Positions 39,726 to 50,603 of a DNA stretch of 62,000 bases are shown here, one piece after another. The number at the start of each line of letters is the position of its first letter. Positions within the stretch are counted from its first letter, which is position 1. This DNA comes from Wallemia ichthyophaga EXF-994 (Eukaryota > Fungi > Basidiomycota): positions 20,001 through 82,000 of the forward strand of contig NW_008806280.1 in assembly GCF_000400465.1 (NCBI RefSeq), in the 5' to 3' direction. The notes beneath the pieces were generated by a model that saw nothing but the letters and a program-made list of their open reading frames with translations, did no database searches and was not told the origin of the DNA. The position numbers and the translations under genes were made by a program.

Positions 39726-40927
39726 ATGGACATATGTTTTTTGCTTCGATCGCTTACGCTGATGAGGGAGGATAAGAAGACAGTGACAGCGACGACAGCG
39801 GCAACAGCGGCAACAGCGACGCCAACAGGGTATTGGTACTACGTTGGATTGTATTTGATGTTCAATCTTGCTTTGACGCTGTTCAATAAAGCCGTTCTCG
39901 ATGACTTACCGTATCCATACACGCTCACTGCCGTACACGCTGCATCTAACGTAATTGGGTGTACGATTGCCAGGCTGTATGGACTATACGTGGGTGTCTG
40001 TTTGCAATTTAGACCCGCTGCTCATCCAGCACCTAGACGCCAGCGAAACTCTCAACAACGGAAATTGTGATTTTGATCTTCTTTGTGAGTTGGGGATAGT
40101 TTATAGTGCCCAATCTCAACCGCTGAAAGTCCACGCTGTACACCATCAACATTGCTGTGTCCAATCTGTCACTCAGTCTTGTCACAGTACCTGTTCACCA
40201 GGTGGGCATTTGATTGTTTATCGGGGTTAATCTTACGTTAGCTCAGATTATAAGGTCACTAGGACCTCTCTTCACCATGGCACTAGCTGTGCCTATCCTC
40301 GGATCTAAATTCTCAATACCCAAACTAGTGTCTTTGTTACCAGTAATCGCCGGTATCGCTCTGACGACATATGGCGAGATTAGCTTTACAGCACTCGGTC
40401 TGTTCCTCACATTCGCGGGTACAATCTTAGCAGCTTTCAAGACAGTCGTCACCAACTTGATGCAAACTGGTCAGCGATTCCAAATGCATCCTCTCGACTT
40501 ACTCCATTGGCTGTCTCCATTGGCGTTGGCGCAGTGTATCGCTTATGCCGTCTACACAGGCGAGTACTTTGAAGTATACAAGGATCTCTGGCCGATGCAT
40601 AACGTCTACAAGACTATCTTGGTGATTGCACTAAATGGTGCCCTTGCTTTCGGATTGAATGTTGTATCTTTCGTGTCGAATAAGAAGGTCGGACCACTTA
40701 CCATCTCAGTCGCTGCGAATATCAAGCAGGTACTCACTGTTGTTCTGTCTTTCTTCTTTTTTGAGTTGAGCGTTAGTCAAGTGGGCTTTGTGGGCATAGT
40801 TTTAGCTTTGCTGGGAGGTGTGTGATGATCGTTTCAGGTGGTTTGCTTACTTGATTAACCTCCAACTACAGGTCTTTGGTATGGCAGAGTGGAGTATAAT
40901 GACAAAAAACGCGCATTAACTTTGTAG
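39726..40927 (+). CDS. Triose-phosphate/nucleotide-sugar transporter (TPT family)
   Basis: FNL.LTLFNK.VL...PYPY.LTA.H, QIIRS..P.FT, K.V.TN, HPLDLL..LSPLA, NGALAFGLNVVSF..NKKVGPLT.SVA.N.KQ. Confidence 0.9.
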
Positions 40928-40995
40928 ACCGCTTCTTACGCTCATGTACTATTAGTCTGTAGAATACAATAATTTATGTCTATGCTAAGGTGTGG

Positions 40996-41963
40996 CTACT
41001 GTTGAGCCAGCAACCAAGGTCTTTCATTCCAGAAGACGTCTTTGATAATGTCTACGTGCAATGTCTGTATGTCTCCGCGCGTGCCATCTATACCATCCTT
41101 GCGTATTTTTTCAATTCTTTTTTTTTCCTTGTAGGCACCATCCGATGGCACTTGAGGCAGTGAAGGAGGATCGCGCACCAGGACAGAACCTTTCTTGTAC
41201 ATTTCATTCAGCTGATTGTAGTTTATGCCGTAATCTTTGAACAGAATGTCATGCTTTTGAGATGAGACAGTGCCTTTCAACAGATTGTGTGCTTCCCTCT
41301 CTGTCTTCTTACCCTGCTGGACAATAGCCCAGAAGCAGGTGTTGTATAGGTTGTTTATATGTGCTGGGAGCGCTTTTAGTTTGAATATGTCAATAAACGC
41401 GCTTTAAAACCCACTATCGACTTGCCTCCAAGCGAAATAGTCGCGAACGTGTATAGTGAGGGGGTAAGTGATAATTCTACCGTCAAAAATGGGTGGATAA
41501 GCGAGTGGAATACTAAAGTGTCTGCTCCAATTGTACATAAAAGCTGAAGAAAACGCAGAAACAACCTGAGTCACTATCTTTGCTTTACGGCGATCATAGA
41601 TATGTGATTGAGGGCGCAAAAGGAAGCTTTTCGAGTGTGATTGTGAGTTTGGGTGCGAGGATTACTGGCATATTGACCCACCTATATTCATCACTCTCCC
41701 CGAAAGCCAAAATTACATCGTGGAGCTGCTGCATAACGAATTGAGCAGCGTCATTCATGCATTCTAAGGCTCGGCTATCATTTGGTTTCCTGAAATTATG
41801 TATATCGCTGAATCTAATTGCATTTTAGAGCGAATTGGAGTGCAAGATTGCTGTCACACCTGTGGAAGCTGTGACCATCTATTCTCACAACTGAGAAAGT
41901 ACTCGGGATCAATCTGTCGTGTTCCTCGAACTCCCGTACGTATCCGAATCTTGAGTTGGCCAT
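40996..41963 (-). CDS. THG1: tRNA(His) guanylyltransferase Thg1
   Basis: MANSRFGYVREFE..D......VVRIDG..FHR, FDGR...YP...VRDYF.WRQVD, KHDILF...GINYN...YKKGS. Multi-exon. Confidence 0.93.
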
Positions 41964-42126
41964 GTTGGTTGAAATAAGAAGAACATCCGAGTGGGTTAAC
42001 ATTTTAATCCTTTAAAGGAAAACCCTCAAATCCCCTGAGATTCGTCTAAAAATTAAATTTCTAAATTCAGAAATTAACCGTCATAAGCTTATCTTTCCAA
42101 CGACGACGGCGAGAAGAACTACGAAG

Positions 42127-45100
42127 ATGGATGATGACCATCCAATTCCACAGGCAGTATCAAATTTGAGGGATACGAATAAACGGTCTTCATCACAGCC
42201 TAGCAGCAGATCAGTCACTTTCTCAATTCGAGATAATGACGTTAATAATGTTGATAACGATAACGCTGTGGCAGATACAGACACTGAGGATGATTATGAT
42301 GATAATCACAGATACAGGCGCAGTCTCCGTTTCGAGGATGACCTTGATACAGGCGATGTTAATCACAATGATACCCCGGATCAGGACGACGCTTGCATGG
42401 GAAATCCGGAGAAAGTAAACGCTGATCTTGAAACGCAAGCAAAGGACACAGAACACGCGGAACCGCCACAACCACCATCACCTCGACAACCTAAATGGCA
42501 CAAATTCATTCAATGGAAGTACATTCGCTGGTTATATACAAATCACTCTTGGCATCACTTCAGACCTGTCATTAGAGCAAGTTTGGCTGCATGGCTTGGT
42601 CTTCTCCTTTTCCTCATTCAACCCGTCTTAGTCTTGATGGGCCAGGCTGCTTTCTATATCCTCGTTTGTGGTTTCTTGGCATCTCCACGTGATGCTATTT
42701 TACCAGACATTGAGCGTCAGATCATAAACCTAGTCTTTGTGTGCGCAGCCTGGGCTTGGTCAATAATCGGCCTTTCGATCGGTTTTGCAGGACGAGACGA
42801 AGCTCAGAACGAAGCTACAATGTCAGCCGTCCTTGAAGAAGCAAGCGCGATGAATAATTCTGATCTACAGCTATACATTCAACAGCAAGCTGTGGAAGGC
42901 CGGTTCATCCAAGCATCAACATCAGTCACAGCGGCCATCTTCCTTGCCTTCGGAAGTGGATTTTTCCTCTATCTTAAATCTAAACTATCACCACCACGCT
43001 ATGGAGTAGCCTGTGTGTTTTCGACAATCTGTCTGATCGTATCGTTGACACAAGGTCATACCGCTTACTCCCCCAATTACAAGATAGGATCGTATTTCGC
43101 TCTCCCTCTAGCATTACAGTCAGCAATCAATATTCTTTGCTCTATGTTCGTGCTACCTGTCACTGTCAACCACCAATTCTTGCTTGGATTACAGGCGGTA
43201 CTCCAACCGCTACAAAAGTTTACTCACGCAGAAACTGATTTGTTGGGCATTCCTGTCACGTCCGAGGATTGGATAGAAAGGGTAAGGTATCTCAAGACGC
43301 TCAACTCCCAATCCGTTCAAGCAATGATAGCGGTGCGTAGCAAGGACGCTCACGTCTTCCGTGAATACAGCTTCGGATTGTTGAGAGGCAGGGATTGTCA
43401 TGAGTTGTTGGAATTGATACGAAATGTCCACCTGCGTAGTGGTGGGTTTATCACTTTTAGCGAAGCTTTGTTGGTCGCGTTTCACAACAAACACATCTTA
43501 CAAGAAGCTGTAACACTAGCTGAGCCTGAAGATGTAGCGCAGAGTGCGGCATCTATTTACAGCCCCTCGAGAAACCCATCTCCCTTCTCATCTCAGCAAA
43601 ACACACCTAGGAGCTCAGTCGCTCTGTCGAGATACGATACTGGTGACTCGAGGGATGTTGACAGTCATCATTCAGCTTTGCACATCTTTGGTTCGCATAG
43701 TATAGGTACTCTCACAGAACTGCTGCACAAGTCGAAGAGGAAACATGTTGCACCAATTGGTGTCTTTGAATCCCAGAGATACATGGCGCTTGAGGAGCGT
43801 ATGAAATTCACTGATCAGGAGTTCGTGAGGGCACATTTTGCAATAGTCAGTGAACATTCGAGAGATCTTAACGATACCACGGCTGTTACTCTAGCACACG
43901 TCCAGAAGCAAATCGAGAGGGTTGATCGTGTTAGACTAGGATCGTGGCTTTTTCGTCGGCACGATTCTCCAGGCGAGGGTAACGCGATTATTGAGAATAT
44001 GGAGATTTGCGATAATCTCCGCCGCGCTATCACCAAATTCAAGACTGAGGATAGACTAGCAGTACTGAGAAACTACTCTCAGTTCTTCGATGGCTCGCAG
44101 CCACGCGCAAAAATACCTTACAGAGCTTTGTTTTGGAGCTTCAATTATCAGTACTACCTCCTCGGTTTCTCAGGTGCACTCCTAGAACTTGCCGAAAAAA
44201 TGTCCAATCTCGAAGCTAAGCGAAAAAAGCCTAGACTATGGATTCCTGAAGTGCATCTCTTTGGCTGGTTTGCTAGTAGCACCGAAAAGCATGGCGAAGA
44301 GGAAGAAGACGATGACGATCCCGAGCACATGGCAGATGTAATGGAAGTATACCCTCAATCGAGAGATCCCGACGTTCTAGCACCTTCGAATGTTTTTGAA
44401 AGATTTGGGTGGGTGTTTGTTTGATGCTAAGCTGATATATACTGAACGGACACCTTAAGATCAGTGTTATGGAAATTGTGGATGTTTGTTATGTCCAAAC
44501 AGTCTTTGTTTGCGCTCAAAACTGCGCTTCTGGTTGCCCTCGTTACGCTGCCTGCCTTCCTGAAAACCTCGGCAGGGTTTTACTATTACGAACGGGGATT
44601 ATGGGTCGCAATTATGGCCAATTTGACACACAGTCAACACCGAGTGAGTATTTGAGAGTTTTCACTTAGTTATAATGTCTGACGATTGGGTACAAAGGGT
44701 GATACTCTCTTCAATTGGTTCACGCGTCTGGTGTACTCTGTAGTCGGTATTTTCAGTGGTCTGCTGATATGGTAGGTAGTTGTTTGTTCATTTCTCAGTT
44801 GTTGACAAAGTGTAATTTTCTCATTAGGACAATAGCAGCTCAAAAAGGAACAGGTAATCCATACGCTGTCGGCGCGACGTGCGCAGTAGCATTCCCGATT
44901 ATGTTCTACATAGTCATGTATTTCCCCGGTACGAATGTAGGATTGATGGTGTTAATGGTTTCTGTAGCTATGGTTTTGGGCTATAGCTGGCAAGACGCAC
45001 ACAATCCATCGCTTGTGAATGTCGGATGGGGATGGGATCTAGCTTGGAAGAGACTTGTTTTGGTAATCATTGGCGTTACAGCTGCATTCGTTTTCGCATA

Positions 45101-45883
45101 CGTTCCACCAGTCTCCAGTGCCAAGAGACACCAGCGGTATATATACTCGCGCACAATAACAACAACAGCCAATAGCTGGTGTGCTATTGTTGGATATGCA
45201 CTTAACAGTCATCATAGGGATATCGATGAGCAGGCAATAACCAAAACACTTCTTGCGGTTAAGTCGAAACTTCGGAAAAGTAAAGCTAGACAGGATTTTG
45301 CAGCTTTCGAATTCAGCTTAAGGGGTAGATGGCCTAGAGCGAGGTATGAAGCATTGCTTAATGTGCAACTAGATTTAGTAGAGCTGCTGTCGCAATTCAT
45401 GGCTGTTGCGAAAGAGTTAGACCCGCTGTGGATGCAGTGCGTGATGAGTCGGAGCAGATATAACGATCATAGATTTGTGGGTGGTGATTTACAATTTGAA
45501 TCTTTAGCTGACAATGATACAATACAGGTCGGCGATGTCTTGGCTTGTTTCGAAATGTGCGCTACGAGTATCAAGACAGGAATGCCCCTTCCTCAGATAA
45601 CACCTTGTCCGTTGGTAGATCGGGGATATTCAGCAAAATTAGGATTGGATCTTGGCGAGCACGTCCCGGATGGACTACCATCGCATGTTGATTTCAATGT
45701 TTTGAAAAGCGAGGAGTATTGGGTGGGTTTGAAGTGGGAAACAAGTCTTTTCTGACAAAATCACACCAGCTTTATTGTGTCGCCTACTCGCTATCGCAGT
45801 CTATTTTGATCCGATTGGATAGACTAATGATTTACACCAAATCGCTAGTTGGTGAGCAATTCCATATTATGTTAGATGTTTAG
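42127..45883 (+). CDS. ER membrane protein of the ArAE/FUSC-like (Bre4-like) family
   Basis: Long multi-TM N-terminal block, FUSC-like ALKT...GLW segment, LRGRWP motif. Exons extend past ORF 44715-45755 to TAG at 45881-45883. Confidence 0.75.
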
Positions 45884-46077
45884 ACGGGAGGTTTAATTTA
45901 GTCTCGATAGTTGTATTTTTAAGGATTTATGTAAAGCATTGTTAATATCATCTACGTTAGATTGATTGGTTGTGTTTGAGTTTTGCTCACGTTTCATAAT
46001 TCAGACAATCAAAGAGTAAAATCACAAAAGCAGCAGTAATAGCCCAACGAAAAGGTGTATGGAAACGTTACATGAAT

Positions 46078-46749
46078 CTAGTAAACGTAACCGAGGATCT
46101 TACCACCAGTGTGCTTACGTCTGGCCTCCTCGTGGTCGACGATGCCGGAAGAGGTAGTAAGAATGATCTTACCGAATGAACGAGCTGGAAGGAGCATAGC
46201 AACCCAGTTCTCGATTTGAGAGAGTTGTACGTTGAATCTTGGGGAGATAACACCGCACTTGTTCAAACGACCGTTGAGTTGAACGACGACCTTTCCAGAA
46301 CGGTGGTCATCGACTTCTTCAAAGTCGCCAATGTAGCCTGAGAGAGATGTGAGAAGGTGAATGAGGAAGGGAGATGGTTTGATTGGTTGTTAGGCGAATG
46401 AAAAAGAGAGTGAAAAAGTGTAATGTAGACACGTTACCGTTTCCAACGTATATGGGTGGATACGCAAGAATGTCTTTGTGTCAGTGAATATATCGACGTC
46501 TTAAAGAATGAAGGCGGGAGGAGTAGCCACAACATCAAACAGTTATAACGTCGAAAAGGAAGGATGAAAAAATTCACCTGACAACCAACCAAACCATTTC
46601 GAATAAAGCAACTCACCATGCTTTTGCATGACAGACAAGAACTTGACGACGACCTTTGAGGAAGGACGGACGAGGACTTGACGCTTTCCGCGACGCTCAG
46701 CGTTGACGATGTTGTTGAGTGCATCGTTGAGGATAGAGACACGGACCAT
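46078..46749 (-). CDS. RPS22: 40S ribosomal protein S22 (uS8/S15A)
   Basis: [32 protein letters not shown]...KH|[16 protein letters not shown]...[12 protein letters not shown]. 279-nt intron at 46338-46616 and a 5'-UTR intron at 46755-46898. Confidence 0.97.
46421..46557 (-). ncRNA. SNR44: Intronic box H/ACA snoRNA, snR44-like
   Basis: Two hairpins inside the RPS22 intron. The ACA box is at 46424-46426, directly after an AGACA/UGUCU stem. The hairpin-1 pocket strands (AUAACU and UUUAA) are complementary to the conserved 18S segment UUAAA-U-C-AGUUAU. Confidence 0.75.
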
Positions 46750-46806
46750 TTTGTCTGATGATGGCTAGAGTCAGTAAAGTGGCTTAACCCGACGAGGTAC
46801 ACTATC

Positions 46807-46883
46807 AACATGCAATTGACACTCTAGTGTTCTGTCGGGTTTGAAGGGTAATTCACACCAGCCACTAGAGTGTGTTGCATATT
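46807..46883 (-). promoter_or_regulatory. About 20-bp hairpin within the RPS22 5'-UTR intron
   Basis: ACACTCTAGTG/CACTAGAGTGT (11 bp) plus AATATGCAA/TTGCATGTT (9 bp with one G.U). Confidence 0.6.
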
Positions 46884-47039
46884 TCCATTACTACTAACCT
46901 TGTGAGCGTGGGCTGGGAGCGTTAAGAGAAGCCTCGAATATTTTCTTATTTTGAGATTTCGCGCATCTCACAAAATTTAAAAAATGGGCGAGGCGGATAT
47001 CGAAATTGAGGAAAAATCGAAAGCTTTGAGTTAACCAAG

Positions 47040-47695
47040 ATGGTGAGGAGAGGAAAATAGGTAGATTTGGCTGGTATTTGCAGGGAATGTGGAGGCTAGT
47101 AATATTCAAGGGTGTGGCTAGTAATTAAGCTAGTACATATTCCAGTTCAAACAATTCTTCTTCACAACGACTCAACCAGCCAAATCACCTGTACGCAATT
47201 ACTGGCACTAACACACAACTCTCCAGGGTCGCGTCCGTACAAAGACAGTCAAGCGCGCTTCTCGCGTTCTCATTGAGAAGTACTACCCAAGACTTACGCT
47301 TGACTTCCACACCAACAAGAGGATCTCTGACAGTGTAGGTAGCTTATAGATTGTGAATAACCCTCTTATTCGTTGTACAGGTCGCTGTCATTCCCTCAAA
47401 GAGACTGCGCAACAAAATTGCTGGATTCACCACCCACCTCATGAAGAGAATCCAGAAGGGTCCTGTCCGTGGTATCTCATTCAAGCTCCAAGAGGAAGAA
47501 CGTGAGCGTAAGGATCAATACGTTCCAGACGTCTCTGCTCTCGACACCACCGAGAACCCTCTCGAAGTCGACCCAGACACCAAGGACCTCATCAAGTCTC
47601 TCGGCTTCGACTCGCTCCCTGTCAACGTCGCCGCTGTCTCCTCTTACCAAGGCCCTGAGCGTCGTCAACGTCGTGCTGTTCCAGGTGCTGCTTAA
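47040..47695 (+). CDS. RPS17: 40S ribosomal protein S17 (eS17)
   Basis: ATG, then a 184-nt intron (47043-47226), then [20 protein letters not shown]. Second intron 47335-47380, then [28 protein letters not shown]. Confidence 0.97.
47059..47190 (+). promoter_or_regulatory. Long-range stem in RPS17 intron 1
   Basis: GATTTGGCTGGT (47064-47075) is the exact reverse complement of ACCAGCCAAATC (47175-47186), extended by AGGT/ACCT. Confidence 0.65.
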
Positions 47696-47771
47696 ATTCG
47701 GTTTGAGTTTGAGTTTTGAATGTAATCATGTTTTATATGTACACGCATAAACTCCAAAACAGTGTTTGCTA

Positions 47772-48076
47772 TTAGCTTGTTTTTACCTGCTTCTCTAAAC
47801 TTGATATCCTCGCTTTGAGGTTGTTGATGTGGGTTATCTGCAGTAATTTGAGTACTTACATGCCACAAATTCTCCACCCCCACCTACCGTATCATCCAGC
47901 ACCGTCAGCTTGAAATCACTCGGCTTAGATTTATCGTTGTTGGTATCGTTGCTGACGAGCTGTCGCAGCTCCTCGAAACGCATATTCACTCTCAACCTAC
48001 GTCTCTTCTCGAGCTCTGAATGCTGCTGCCTGCGATGTGTTTCCTTCTCCTCCTTTGTCAATTCGTACTTTGTCAT
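47772..48076 (-). CDS. Small bHLH(-ZIP) transcription factor
   Basis: Basic region HSELEKRRR (H-E-R), helix 1, K..VL..T|ITHI..LKARISSLEK after one intron. About 85 aa. Confidence 0.85.
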
Positions 48077-48232
48077 CCACGCCTATCCGTGTCCCGTGAC
48101 AAACGTTGAAAATGTACCATGTCATTGTGTCGATGACAGGCACGTGAGCGGCGTGGGCGGTTTGAGCGGTTTAAGCGGTAGTGAAATGTGCTATAGAAAC
48201 AGTGTATATACATTATAAAATATCCGTGAATA

Positions 48233-49743
48233 TTACACAAACAACCCCGCATTAGCAACACCTACCGAGAAATCCACCACCATTATCCGCTTGTCATGTG
48301 AAGCTGTGACGATTCTCCTACTATCAAAAGCGAGGTCAAATATGAGAGAGGAGTGATGATTGACCGTGTTAGTGTATTGAATATCGCCGTCGACCTTATT
48401 AAGATTCCACACCTTAACGCAGCGATCGTAGCTGCCACTAACAATGATACGACGTGCGCTATCGATCTGCAGCGACCTCACCAACCCAGCGTGACCGACG
48501 AGGTTACACAGGTGAGTTCCATCAGTAAGCGATAGCTGTATGGTATTATCAGAAGAACCCGACGCAATGACCTCATTGTCAACATCTATACAAGCAATAC
48601 CTCTACTATGCGTATTCTCAATCCGTCTCACCAACCTACCCTCATCGAGATTCCAGACATTGATAGCCTTATCGCCCCCCGCACTAGCGAGGACGTTAGA
48701 TTTGGTGATCGAGAGGCTGTTGACGGGCGACGAGTGTGCGTGATCGAGTTGGTAGAGCAAAGTGAGGCTCTTACGTGAGTAGACACAAATACTTGAGTCT
48801 TTACTACACGAAGCGATGAAATGGTTGTTGAAGTCTACATCGAGGACTCCCGCCGTGTGGTGTGAGAGTGTACGCGCTACTTTCGCCCGCCCTAGCGTAC
48901 GTCCACTGCCCAGCTTCCATACATGTACCACCCCATCAGAGCCGGCGGACACTCCAAACGTTTTGCAGAACTTGAGACTTATCACTGAACCGTCGTGCGC
49001 ATCAGAGTACGTCGCAAGCAGTCGCAGCGTCTGCATGTCCCAGATACGTATCGATCTGTCGCGCGAACCTGACAGAATCTTCTCGTCGTCGAACGCTACT
49101 GTGTACACCTGTGTGGTTGTCAATTCACACCTGCTGACACTGCCTACTGCCTTCAACCCACGCTGTCTGTGTGCCCTTGGAGGAAATCAATCTTGGGATC
49201 AGCACCACCAAACCACCTGCGCTCTAATTGCATCCTGCATTTGAACAACTCGTACCAGTCGAGTGAGGTTGGTTTGAAAGAGAGTGGAGTGAGTGGTGTG
49301 GATGGCGTGTGTGGTGTGTGTGGTGTGTGCACTGTGTGTGCTGGTGAATCAGTTATTGATAGTGGAGTGAATTGAGTGTTTTTGTTTATTCCACTCGCAA
49401 ATGCACTTCTGTTAACGCTATTTGATCTGCTTAATCCACTTGACCTAGATAAACTACCCACTGAGCTCGATCGAGAGAGTGTAGGTGGTGTGTATGCAGG
49501 TGTAGGCGGCGGTGTATCCTTCACTTGATCAGAAAGCTCCCAACCAAATCTGTAGAACAAGTCGCGGTATATGAGATTATCACTGGCTACATCATTCCAC
49601 GATTTACAAACTAATTGGCAGTTGAGAATGTCCTCAAGGTTTATGTGTACCAGTATGTATATTGATATTTCTAGTGGCAATTCACTTATTATATCCTTGT
49701 GTACTCCAGGTATTATAGCCGACAAAATATCCATAAACTTCAT
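48233..49743 (-). CDS. F-box/WD40-repeat SCF substrate adaptor
   Basis: F-box DIISELPLEISIYIL..I...DIL.C.LVCKSW followed by about seven WD40 repeats (GH..SV, SGSRDRSIRIWD, SGSYDRCVKVW). Confidence 0.93.
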
Positions 49744-49865
49744 CGTCAAGATGAGAATGGCTGTGATAATTACGATATAAAATTGCTATTGCATATGAAT
49801 AGAGCCGTGATAATTAGAATGAACGGTGGTAATTATATGATAATACAAGTGTCTAGAAGATTCAT

Positions 49866-50603
49866 TTATAATACATTGCTGCTCTTTTTAGCGTGCAAAT
49901 TATTTGTCGCCTGGCTAATTAGATTATTCTGGCTGCTATGAGGCGATTGGATTGGTGTTTGTAGTGGTGTTGAGCTTGTTGAGGATGTGGCTGGTGATAG
50001 TGCAGGTGTATTACTGCTACCATAGTTGAGTCTATTAAGTTTGCTTGATAATATACTTGGTGAAGAAGGTAATACTTCAGCTTCCACGCTTCTCTTCCTC
50101 CAGATATTGAATACCTTTGTGAACTTGACTATCTCTTGGGTTGTAACACGCACGTCGCAGCTGAGATATCCAAACAACTCTCTCTCCACTGCATTGACCT
50201 CCCTCTGTGAAAATATCTGTTGAGATGCTATGTACCAGCTTTGATTTGTGAATGAATCGTCGTTGAACATTTTGTTCGTGATCATGATAGCTGCTAACCA
50301 TAGCCTATGTCCTGAACTGCCTTTGGCGTTGGGGTACCTCGCCTTCAACCTCTGCAATAGGATCAACGCTGATAACGCCACCGATATATGTAACCTTGTC
50401 CTGTACAGTGCATAGTGGATGAAATCGCCGAGACTGACTATCGACTTTGATTCGGGGCATTCGAACAAACTGCTAACAAAGTTGGCTGCATCTTTTGAAA
50501 ACTCTTTTCCAGCATTGTACCTCTCCGAAGTCGAGCCAGAAACTGCAGCGGTTGAGCCATAACTAGCGGAGCAGTGTGTGTTGAAGTTATTATTTGAAAA
50601 CAT
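49866..50603 (-). CDS. Cyclin-like protein (Pho80/Pcl-type cyclin box)
   Basis: FIHY.L.RT.L...V...ALILL.RLK...P...G...HRL.LAA.MI..K..ND.S..N.SW......F..REVN..ERE. The start is uncertain. Confidence 0.88.
   Translation of the reverse strand: MFSNNNFNTHCSASYGSTAAVSGSTSERYNAGKEFSKDAANFVSSLFECPESKSIVSLGDFIHYALYRTRLHISVALSALILLQRLKARYPNAKGSSGHRLWLAAIMITNKMFNDDSFTNQSWYIASQQIFSQREVNAVERELFGYLSCDVRVTTQEIVKFTKVFNIWRKRSVEAEVLPSSPSILSSKLNRLNYGSSNTPALSPATSSTSSTPLQTPIQSPHSSQNNLISQATNNLHAKKSSNVL

Noticed and set aside
41963-42002. Upstream in-frame ATG of THG1 as a mitochondrial isoform
   Set aside because: It adds only 13 residues, includes an Asp and has no Arg, so it does not look like a presequence.
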